Of a DNA stretch of 12,930 bases, positions 1-7,360 are shown piece after piece (the stretch's first letter is position 1; each line of letters begins with the position of its first letter). Where the stretch lies: positions 1-12,930 of the forward strand of contig JAITVV010000077.1 of assembly GCA_031285625.1 (NCBI GenBank), given 5' to 3'. The notes under the pieces are model-generated. The model worked only from the letters and a program-made list of their open reading frames with translations. It had not been told where the DNA came from and ran no database searches. The DNA is from Prevotella sp. GTDB taxonomy: Bacteria > Bacteroidota > Bacteroidia > Bacteroidales > Dysgonomonadaceae. Both the position numbers and the translations under genes were made by a program.

Positions 1-47
1 CCCGAAATCCCTTCTTTAAAGGCTCCCTTTTAGTGGTAAAGCGGGTG

Positions 48-80
48 CAAAGATAAACAAATAATTAATAATATTCCAAA
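48..80 (-). promoter_or_regulatory. Bacteroidota sigma-A promoter (-33 TTTG / -7 TAnnTTTG) firing out of the left window edge
   Basis: Minus strand reads TTTG (80-77), a 21-nt spacer, then TATCTTTG (55-48), followed by GC-rich CACCCGC. A/T tracts lie upstream (about 93-110). Matches the Bacteroides consensus TTTG-N19-21-TAnnTTTG. Confidence 0.8.
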
Positions 81-164
81 TATTTAAACGCATTTTTTTT
101 AAAAGAAAAATAGAATGAAGAATAAACTGCCTAATTGACAACCTATTGGCCTAATTATTATTTT

Positions 165-803
165 TCACTTCTTTTTACTAAAAAATTTACAGTAAGGAGT
201 GAGGCCGCATTCTTCACATTTAGGTCTACGTGCGATACAGACATAACGTCCATGCAAAATTAACCAATGATGAGCTTTAGATAGATATTTTGATGGTATA
301 TATTTTATCAGTTCTTTTTCTGTTTGAGCAGGATTTTTAGAATTATCTGTCAAACCAAGGCGGTTTGAGACTCTAAAAACGTGTGTATCCACAGGCATAG
401 CAGGCTTGTTAAAAGCTACAATAAGCATCACATTGGCTGTTTTACGCCCAACACCGGGAATAGATTCCAATTCCTCTAAGGTCTGAGGTACCTGTCCTTC
501 AAAATCGGTTACCAGCTTCTTAGCCATTCCGAGCAGATTCTTTGCCTTGTTATTAGGATATGATACACTTTTTATATACTCATATATAGCATCTGTAGAA
601 GTCACTGCCATTACCTCAGGGGTAGGATATGCTTCAAACAACGGTGGCGTTACTATATTTACTCTTTTATCGGTACATTGAGCTGATAATATAACAGCAA
701 TCAATAAATGGAAAGGATTGTCATAATGAAGCTCCGTATCTACTGTAGGCATATTTAAATCGAACCAATTAATTACACCTGCATAACGTTCTTTTTTTGT
801 CAT
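165..803 (-). CDS. nth: Endonuclease III (HhH-GPD DNA glycosylase/AP lyase, 4Fe-4S)
   Basis: Motifs VILSAQCTDKRVN, HhH LESIPGVGRKTANV, VDTHVFR and the C-terminal Fe-S motif C-x6-C-x2-C-x5-C (CIARRPKCEECGLTPYC). Start moved from TTG 842 to ATG 803 (MTKKERY, 212 aa) because the TTG lies inside the upstream terminator hairpin. Confidence 0.96.
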   Translation of the reverse strand: MTKKERYAGVINWFDLNMPTVDTELHYDNPFHLLIAVILSAQCTDKRVNIVTPPLFEAYPTPEVMAVTSTDAIYEYIKSVSYPNNKAKNLLGMAKKLVTDFEGQVPQTLEELESIPGVGRKTANVMLIVAFNKPAMPVDTHVFRVSNRLGLTDNSKNPAQTEKELIKYIPSKYLSKAHHWLILHGRYVCIARRPKCEECGLTPYCKFFSKKK

Positions 804-815
804 ACAATTATTAGC

Positions 816-859
816 TAAAAGCACAAAATCCCCTACAGTCAAACTATAAGGGATCTTGT
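816..859 (-). terminator. Probable intrinsic terminator/stem-loop between ppiD and nth
   Basis: Minus-strand RNA ACAAGAUCCCUUAUAGU-UUG-ACUGUAGGGGAUUUUGU (859-823) forms a 17-bp stem. Its DNA mismatches become G-U pairs only in the minus orientation. It is followed by GCUUUU. Confidence 0.7.
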
Positions 860-879
860 TATATTATAAATTATAGTTC

Positions 880-2997
880 TTACCAGAATGTGACCCTATT
901 GTCTTTTACATTCATTTTTTCCTGCAGCACAAATACAGCCTGAGACATCAACTGATAAAAATTACCCTGACGAATCATTTGCTTAGCCTGAGCTTCATCA
1001 AATGTATTGGTATTATCAGTTTTAGACGTTACATCTAGCACATATACTCCAGCTTTACCTTTCATCGGCTGCTCTAATTTATTTACCTGACCATGTTTAG
1101 CATAAACATTTAAAATAGGCTCATACCCTACACCAGATATATTATTTGTTTGAAATGTTACAAAACTTACTGTATCTACACGTCCTGTTACAGCTTCAGC
1201 ATAAGCTTGCAAAGATGTCAGATTTTTCGACTTCAAGTCAGCAATCATCTTCTCTGCTTTCTTCTCATTAATTAATTCTGCCTTAAGCATAGGCGAAACT
1301 TCTGAAACCGGCATATAATCACCTTCTATACTATTTTTTATAATAGCAACAACGCGTTTATTGGTAAGGTTGTCAAATTTCTTAACCGTTCCTACTTTAT
1401 TATTGAATGCCCATGAAATAACCTGACGCGTTCCAGACACCTGACCTAAAGACATCTCGGAAGGAGATATTACAGCATTGGAGATAATATTATAACCTTT
1501 TGTTAAAGCAACATTATCAAAGTTTTCCATATTTCCGTTTTCAGCAACAAACTGATTTAATTCATTATCTATAGAATTCTGAGTTTTGTCACTTATAATA
1601 ACAGGCATTTGAATAACAGCAATTTTAACTTTAGATACCGGATTGGTTTTATCCTGTACACGTATCAATTGAGTTTGTCCATTAATAGTTAAAGTAAAGA
1701 CATCGCCTTTGGCTGCAGTAAAGCATTTCTTAACTACATCAGCTCCTGTGCCAATAAGGCTCATCTCTGTAGCCCAACCAATCTCACCTCCATTCGATCC
1801 CGGCATTAACTCATTGGCTAGTGTAGTAAAATCTTTACCACCTTTCATTACCGTCATAAGACTATCTGCAATATGAGTTGCTGTAGCCTGATCTAACCCT
1901 TGAAAAGGTATTAATTGTAATTTCACAGAGTCAGCAGCTGTAGTTCTATCCATAAGTTTGTACATCACATATGATTGCTCTGTGCGTTCTGGTTGTTTCA
2001 CCTCACCGATTGAAGCTGTCTGAACAAAAGATTTCATATCAGAAGGTAAACTTGCAACAGCAACGAATGCATCAGCAAACTGATTACTTGAATATTCATT
2101 CACTAACAATCCGGGATTGTCTGTAGTAACAAATTTCTCATAAACACCATTTATCTCTTTTTCAACAGCTGCATAATCTTCATCACTAGGAACAACATCT
2201 TTCACGAAATAAGATATTTTACGAAGTTCTGAATCCAGTTTGAAATTATTTTTACGTTTATCATATAGTGCTTTTACATCTTTATCAGAAACATCTACTG
2301 CTGAATCTGGTATAGCTGAATAACGTTGAACTACGTAGGATATATTTGCTTGAACTTTTGAGTCTTCGAAGGAAGATTTAACTTCAGTTGCGCTAGGGAG
2401 AACTGATCCGGCTACAAGAGACGAATACTTTTCCTCCAAGCGCTGATATTTAATCATATTTTGAATAAAAGCCCAAATTTCCCGTCTCGCCTGAATTTCT
2501 GCTTTTTGATTTTCAGAAAGACCTGCTTCATCTTGGCTAATTGATTGTATAAATTGATTCAAATAAGCTTTATCAAATTGTCCTGTCTGAGGATTTATGA
2601 AAAATGGAATCTGAAATAGTACAGGAGCCACATTTGCACCCACAACCATATCATTTAGTTCTTCGGATGTTACACTTAGCCCAAGCTTATCAGCTTGTTC
2701 GTCAAGCATGATTTCTTTAACCATCTGCTGATAAACCATTTCCCTTATCTGAGAAGATGCAGCCTCATCTAAAGAATTTTGTCCGGACATTACTTTTTGA
2801 AAATGCTCCCATTGCGCAATCCTATCCGCATATTGTTTTGTTGTTATAACTTCACCATTTACCGTAAAAGCTTTATCCTTACTTTTATTAATAAATGAAG
2901 ATAACTCACTCCAAGGAAATACAAATGCAAGTAATCCAACAGCGATTATCCCGATCAATAGACCCGATTTGCTCCTAATTTTCTGTAAAGCAGCCAT
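880..2997 (-). CDS. ppiD: PpiD-like periplasmic chaperone (SurA N-terminal domain plus parvulin-like PPIase domain), N-terminal membrane anchor
   Basis: 705 aa. Starts MAALQKIRSKSGLLIGIIAVGLLAFV (typical Bacteroidota PpiD anchor). SurA_N-like VNGEVIT...LGLSVTSEEL...FINPQTGQFD, parvulin-like DFTTLA...NGGEIGW, and C-terminal VKDNR. Confidence 0.88.
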   Translation of the reverse strand: MAALQKIRSKSGLLIGIIAVGLLAFVFPWSELSSFINKSKDKAFTVNGEVITTKQYADRIAQWEHFQKVMSGQNSLDEAASSQIREMVYQQMVKEIMLDEQADKLGLSVTSEELNDMVVGANVAPVLFQIPFFINPQTGQFDKAYLNQFIQSISQDEAGLSENQKAEIQARREIWAFIQNMIKYQRLEEKYSSLVAGSVLPSATEVKSSFEDSKVQANISYVVQRYSAIPDSAVDVSDKDVKALYDKRKNNFKLDSELRKISYFVKDVVPSDEDYAAVEKEINGVYEKFVTTDNPGLLVNEYSSNQFADAFVAVASLPSDMKSFVQTASIGEVKQPERTEQSYVMYKLMDRTTAADSVKLQLIPFQGLDQATATHIADSLMTVMKGGKDFTTLANELMPGSNGGEIGWATEMSLIGTGADVVKKCFTAAKGDVFTLTINGQTQLIRVQDKTNPVSKVKIAVIQMPVIISDKTQNSIDNELNQFVAENGNMENFDNVALTKGYNIISNAVISPSEMSLGQVSGTRQVISWAFNNKVGTVKKFDNLTNKRVVAIIKNSIEGDYMPVSEVSPMLKAELINEKKAEKMIADLKSKNLTSLQAYAEAVTGRVDTVSFVTFQTNNISGVGYEPILNVYAKHGQVNKLEQPMKGKAGVYVLDVTSKTDNTNTFDEAQAKQMIRQGNFYQLMSQAVFVLQEKMNVKDNRVTFW

Positions 2998-3059
2998 TTA
3001 ATAAATTATTATTTTATATTATTTAGTTATTTTATATTCAAAATGTAACTTTTAGCGCA

Positions 3060-3067
3060 CGAAGATA
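3060..3067 (-). promoter_or_regulatory. Possible internal -7 promoter element (TATCTTCG variant) for ppiD
   Basis: Minus strand TATCTTCG-TGCGC about 60 nt upstream of the ppiD ATG. One mismatch to TAnnTTTG; no clear -33 element. Confidence 0.45.
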
Positions 3068-3103
3068 ATAAAATGAGATTGAATTTCATTCATAAATGAA
3101 TAA

Positions 3104-3730
3104 CTATTCTTTCTTTTCTTCTGTGTTTGGGGTATCTGTTGCGCCTTCATTCTCTTCGTTGTATGTTATTGGAGAATCTTTAACATTCTTAAATCTATAC
3201 TCTGTCATCTGTTCATTTGACTCAAAGCCACCAGTTCCTTTTATTGTCATTTTATCGGGCCTTTTCACTTCAACATACTTGTCTGAGTATATAAGATGTT
3301 TGCGTTGATCCCAATATAATTCGTCACTGGTATATGAAGTCTCTTCTTTATTACGGATAAATACATTTCCTTTAAGTTTCCAGACTTTACGATTTGTAAA
3401 ATACCAAGCTGTATCAGATTTTACGGTAGTAACAATTGCAAACGTAGTATCAAATTGCTCTCCATAAAATCCATCAGGGAAACGTTGATAGGGATCTTTT
3501 GCTTTATCAAAACTTTCCCACGTTTTTGATATCATCTTATAACGGATCAGTCCTGAATCTGATATAAGCATGGTTACACTATCTGTATTTAAAGTGGGAA
3601 TCTTTTCAGGATCAAATGCGAGATCAATAGTATTTTTTACTTCTTCTTTGCATGACATAAAAGAGAATATCACAACAGATATAAATACCGTTATGACAAA
3701 TAATTTACTCTTCCTGTTTGATTGTACCAT
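3104..3730 (-). CDS. lptC: LPS export ABC transporter periplasmic protein LptC (Bacteroidota type, lipoprotein-like signal)
   Basis: Motifs TMLISDSGLIRYKM, FPDG..E.FD, KVWKLKGNV, SDELYWDQ..H.IYSDKYV, G.GGFESNEQMTEY. Hydrophobic N-terminus ends in FMSC. ATG 3730 (MVQSNRK, 208 aa) preferred over TTG 3751. Confidence 0.88.
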   Translation of the reverse strand: MVQSNRKSKLFVITVFISVVIFSFMSCKEEVKNTIDLAFDPEKIPTLNTDSVTMLISDSGLIRYKMISKTWESFDKAKDPYQRFPDGFYGEQFDTTFAIVTTVKSDTAWYFTNRKVWKLKGNVFIRNKEETSYTSDELYWDQRKHLIYSDKYVEVKRPDKMTIKGTGGFESNEQMTEYRFKNVKDSPITYNEENEGATDTPNTEEKKE

Positions 3731-3786
3731 ATTAAAAACAATTAGCCCCAATAAATTTATTGAGGCTGATAATATATTTAGAAGTA

Positions 3787-5097
3787 TTATTCAATTTTCT
3801 TTCTGAAGAACCAGAATTCATTGATATTCATATTAAGGGATACGCCAAAATATTGCTCATCAATCATTGTATTTAATTTTGGCTTGATTTTCTTATATTC
3901 AAAGTTTATATTCAGATAAGAAATTCTACCTCCGAGATTATCACGTATTGGGAAACCAAACCCTAATGTAGCTCCATATTCTTTATAGCCTTCAGCTTTA
4001 CTTGTTGCCGCGTCAACTACATTCATATATGAATTACTATAATTAAGACCTCCTCTGAATTTAATTTTCTTAAAGAAGCTTCTGTCATAAGGGTCAATCA
4101 TATATTCTGCACCTACATTATATCTCCACCTATCATTGAAGCGGTCTGCATCAATCATCCCATCGCCCATATATGTAGAATACTTTACATCACTCCACTT
4201 CTGGTAAGTAACATCTGCACCAAAAACAATTCTGTTCTCTCTATTTATTGTAAAACCAGCACCATATGATTCAGGAAGACCTGCATCAATACCATTAAAC
4301 GAAATAGTATCAGCTGTAGCCAATGAACCTGCTCCGGTAAATTCATAGTGATAATTCTTATAATCTCCATTGGAACCTATTTTGGGAGAGTAAACAGCAC
4401 CAATAGTCAAAACATCTTTTTTGGATAACGCTAATTCGTATTGAATACCAATATCAAACTTCGCTGCTTTTATAGATAGCTCGGTATAATCTGTAGATGT
4501 ATAACTGTTATTACTTGAAGAGCCTACAGAGGGAAGGCTACGAGTGTGCTCCAATGTACCAAACAGGAATGAAGCATTTGCTCCTACAGACAGCCCTTTT
4601 AGAGGAGTAGAATACCCCAGACCTCCGTATATCTGACTTAAGCCACCCGAACCGGAAAAAGATTTTGTGTATGTTACTGAACTAGTTGTTTCTGTATTAC
4701 CAAATTTGTATCCCACAGAAGAAAAAGGAATAACTCCAAAACTAAGACCTATTCCTTTTTTCAAAGGAACTAAAATCGTAATGTAATCTAGTCCCCCACC
4801 ATAATGGTTTTCTGAGTTTGTACCATCACTAAGTTTGCCATAGTTGGCAGATACCCCTATATCAAAAAGAAAGGTAAGAGAATCCACTCTGGAGTATGAA
4901 GCTGGATTTAGAGGGTTGGCACTTTGACTATTTCGTAGTCCATATCCAATACCACCCATCGCCTTAGAGGGGCCTACAGCCTGATCTTTCAATACTCCAT
5001 ATCCATATCTACTATAAGGAGAATTTGTTTGTGCTCCCAACGAGCAAGCTATAAAAGCCACAATGGCTAATAAAAGAAGTTTCTTTCTCTTCAACAT
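3787..5097 (-). CDS. Conserved Bacteroidota outer-membrane beta-barrel protein (FadL/TodX/PorV-like superfamily)
   Basis: 436 aa with a Sec signal peptide (...SLGA-QT). N-terminal TNSPYSRYGYG...AMGGIGYG...NPLNPASY plug-like motif, alternating amphipathic beta-strands, and C-terminal INEFWFFRKKIE. Lies upstream of lptC. Confidence 0.75.
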   Translation of the reverse strand: MLKRKKLLLLAIVAFIACSLGAQTNSPYSRYGYGVLKDQAVGPSKAMGGIGYGLRNSQSANPLNPASYSRVDSLTFLFDIGVSANYGKLSDGTNSENHYGGGLDYITILVPLKKGIGLSFGVIPFSSVGYKFGNTETTSSVTYTKSFSGSGGLSQIYGGLGYSTPLKGLSVGANASFLFGTLEHTRSLPSVGSSSNNSYTSTDYTELSIKAAKFDIGIQYELALSKKDVLTIGAVYSPKIGSNGDYKNYHYEFTGAGSLATADTISFNGIDAGLPESYGAGFTINRENRIVFGADVTYQKWSDVKYSTYMGDGMIDADRFNDRWRYNVGAEYMIDPYDRSFFKKIKFRGGLNYSNSYMNVVDAATSKAEGYKEYGATLGFGFPIRDNLGGRISYLNINFEYKKIKPKLNTMIDEQYFGVSLNMNINEFWFFRKKIE

Positions 5098-5292
5098 TAT
5101 AATTCTATATACAATTTATCTTTATTCTATTAGTGTTAACATGGTCACCAACCTGTCACATTCTTTACTTTACTTTTCTATAACAGAAAAAAGAATTATT
5201 TATTATTCAAACTTCTATTGAAATAATAAAAAGAAAACAATCCTTAACTCTGTATCTGCACAAAATTCCCTTAAAACAGAACGAAATTTGTG

Positions 5293-5300
5293 CAAAGTAA
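5293..5300 (-). promoter_or_regulatory. Possible -7 element for the OMP-lptC-ppiD operon
   Basis: Minus strand TTACTTTG-CAC, one mismatch to TAnnTTTG, about 195 nt upstream of the OMP ATG. Confidence 0.4.
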
Positions 5301-5383
5301 ATTAAAAAAACTTAGTTAAGCGAGTTTTTAAATAAAATGTCATATTTTTTTTGCCTTAAAAAGGTTAATTATCCTTATTTTAG

Positions 5384-5391
5384 TAACTTTG
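5384..5391 (+). promoter_or_regulatory. -7 promoter element for the exosortase gene
   Basis: TAACTTTG followed by CA, 16 nt before ATG 5408. No correctly spaced -33 TTTG. Confidence 0.65.
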
Positions 5392-5407
5392 CAGTTGAAT
5401 AAATATA

Positions 5408-6121
5408 ATGAGCACAAAGATCAAAAACTTCCTCAATAATTTCTACCAAAAATTAAAACCATTTAAAGATATTATTTGGTTCCTATGCTTATTCCTGATA
5501 TTTGAATTCATCTGGAAACTATGTGTCCATGTAGGTGATGATGAAAGAGTTTTACTGGTTCTGGGTAAAGACTTAACCAAATATACCGAAGGTATGTGCT
5601 TATGGACAGCAGAAAGTGTATATTGGTTTATACACGATTTGCTTGGGTACCATGATTTCCATATCAATGGCAATATCCTTCAATTCAAAAATTCTATACC
5701 CATCGAAATAGTCTGGGGATGCACCGGCCTGAAACAATTATTCATGTTCACTTTCATTATTGCATTTTACTTTGGGCCTGCAAAGAAGAAGCTATGGTAT
5801 ATTCCCCTGTCTCTGATCATCCTTATCATTGTAAACATACTTCGTCTGGCCATTATATTCCTTATTATAAGAAATCCTTTTCCTGAATGGTTTATCACTG
5901 TTAATGAATGGTACAACAACCGGACGTGGAGCAATACGAAAGAGAATTACATTGAGTTTTATAAAGATTGGTTTAATGTATTTCATCGTGATATTTTCAC
6001 ATGGTTATATTACGATGGTATTATCTTTATCCTATGGCTTATATGGGAAGAAAAGATAAATAAACCATACCTTAAACTAAAAGGTAAGGTAGCGAGTGCT
6101 ATTGCGAATCAAATCAATTAG
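5408..6121 (+). CDS. Exosortase/archaeosortase family membrane protein
   Basis: 237-aa multi-pass membrane protein with the family's Cys-Arg-His triad in typical contexts: IEIVWGC105TGL, IVN143ILR146L and FNVFH193, then a final TM ending LWLIW. Confidence 0.85.
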   Translation: MSTKIKNFLNNFYQKLKPFKDIIWFLCLFLIFEFIWKLCVHVGDDERVLLVLGKDLTKYTEGMCLWTAESVYWFIHDLLGYHDFHINGNILQFKNSIPIEIVWGCTGLKQLFMFTFIIAFYFGPAKKKLWYIPLSLIILIIVNILRLAIIFLIIRNPFPEWFITVNEWYNNRTWSNTKENYIEFYKDWFNVFHRDIFTWLYYDGIIFILWLIWEEKINKPYLKLKGKVASAIANQIN

Positions 6122-6122
6122 A

Positions 6123-7274
6123 TCAATGCCTTTTTAACCAACTCTTAAATTTCAGATTGTATAAAGGTTGGATAATGTCTAAAACAAGAAGTGAAAAACG
6201 AAATTTCCCGGAGTAAAAATATTGAGAGATTTTATTCAGTGTAACCAATTGAACCGTAAGCCTTATTAAAAATAAAAGAGCTGAAAATCCTAATAACGCC
6301 CATTGTTGAAAGACAATACCATATACAATTGAAGCTATAAGCAACAGATAAAAAAAGCATCTGGAATAGGTTTCAATTTTAAATATTGTAGGCGCAGTAC
6401 TTTTCAAATAGGGCCTGATAGTGAAATATGATCGTTTTATCTGCCTCCACAAAGAAAAATCTTCCAGATTCGTTTCTATAAAACTATCCTGAGAAAGAGA
6501 TACAGAAGTACTACTTGAATTTAAGATCTGACTAATAAACAGACCTTCCCCATTTTCGATGTGCAAGAGAGATGCAAATCCTTTATTATCAAAAAAAAGT
6601 TGCCGTCTGAAAACAAGGTTCCTATAGTTTCCAACATATGGTTTTTGCATGATTGCCATTGAAAAACTTTGCATGCTAAACAAAAGGTTATCAAAACGAG
6701 CCATACGATTAAAGAAAACCGGGGCTTTGGTAAAAAATGAGTAGCCCAACACAATATCTTTATCCGGAGTCAATTCCTTTAGCAACGTTTTCAACCATTT
6801 ATTTGATACAGGTTTACAATATGGCTCTGTAAATACTAATATATCGTTATTTGCAGCTTTAACACCTAGCGTTAATGCCAGTTTTCGCCGGTCCATCTTT
6901 CTGTCATTCGAGTATGGCAAATAGGTATGATACAGATTTGGATACTTTAATTCCAATGACCTTAATAATTCATCACTTTCATCTGTTGATCCATTATTAA
7001 CAACTATTACCTCATATTCAGGATAATCTTGTTCTAATATCGCCGGCAGATTATCTCTTAACGAAACTACTTCATTTTCGGATACAATAACAATAGATAC
7101 TTTAGGTTTGAAGTAAAGCCCCTCATCCGCTACAGTCTTCTTAGCATAAATATATGGCTTTCTGTAATACTTGAAATAATAGACTAATTGTATTATAAAA
7201 AATAAGAAGAGTAGCGACAATCCACTTATCTCTATAATATTAAACCTGAAATAAGCCAAAAACTGTTCAGTCAT
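6123..7274 (-). CDS. Glycosyltransferase family 2-like membrane protein with degenerate catalytic motifs
   Basis: N-terminal TM, then PKVSIVIVSENE..L..NLPAILEQDYPEYEVIVVNNGSTD, RKLALTLGVKAA, PYVG..RNL, and C-terminal TMs. ATG 7274 (MTEQFLAY, 383 aa) preferred because the track start at 7313 lies inside the lysA terminator. Confidence 0.8.
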   Translation of the reverse strand: MTEQFLAYFRFNIIEISGLSLLFLFFIIQLVYYFKYYRKPYIYAKKTVADEGLYFKPKVSIVIVSENEVVSLRDNLPAILEQDYPEYEVIVVNNGSTDESDELLRSLELKYPNLYHTYLPYSNDRKMDRRKLALTLGVKAANNDILVFTEPYCKPVSNKWLKTLLKELTPDKDIVLGYSFFTKAPVFFNRMARFDNLLFSMQSFSMAIMQKPYVGNYRNLVFRRQLFFDNKGFASLLHIENGEGLFISQILNSSSTSVSLSQDSFIETNLEDFSLWRQIKRSYFTIRPYLKSTAPTIFKIETYSRCFFYLLLIASIVYGIVFQQWALLGFSALLFLIRLTVQLVTLNKISQYFYSGKFRFSLLVLDIIQPLYNLKFKSWLKRH

Positions 7275-7302
7275 TATATTGTTTTGTATATGAAAGTATT
7301 GC

Positions 7303-7340
7303 AAAAAAGACAAGAGTCATATACACATACGACTCTTGCC
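7303..7340 (-). terminator. Intrinsic terminator of the lysC-lysA operon
   Basis: Minus-strand RNA GGCAAGAGUCGUAU-GUGU-AUAUGACUCUUGUC (14-bp stem with two G-U pairs) followed by UUUUUU, 20 nt after the lysA stop. Confidence 0.88.
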
Positions 7341-7360
7341 CGGTTTTATATAGTGTACAA

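Noticed and set aside
129-156. Direct repeat GCCTAATT (129-136, 149-156) downstream of nth
   Set aside because: Only two 8-bp copies in AT-rich DNA; could be chance, with no further support.
1700-1940. Parvulin catalytic His apparently missing in PpiD (DSVKLQLIP where a HIL motif is expected)
   Set aside because: PpiD parvulin domains are already known to be catalytically inactive in E. coli, so this is not novel.
3096-3806. Plus-strand ORFs 3096-3308 and 3570-3806
   Set aside because: Antisense shadows of lptC with no recognisable motifs.
5443-5986. Minus-strand ORFs 5443-5673 and 5792-5986
   Set aside because: Antisense to the exosortase gene; short and featureless.
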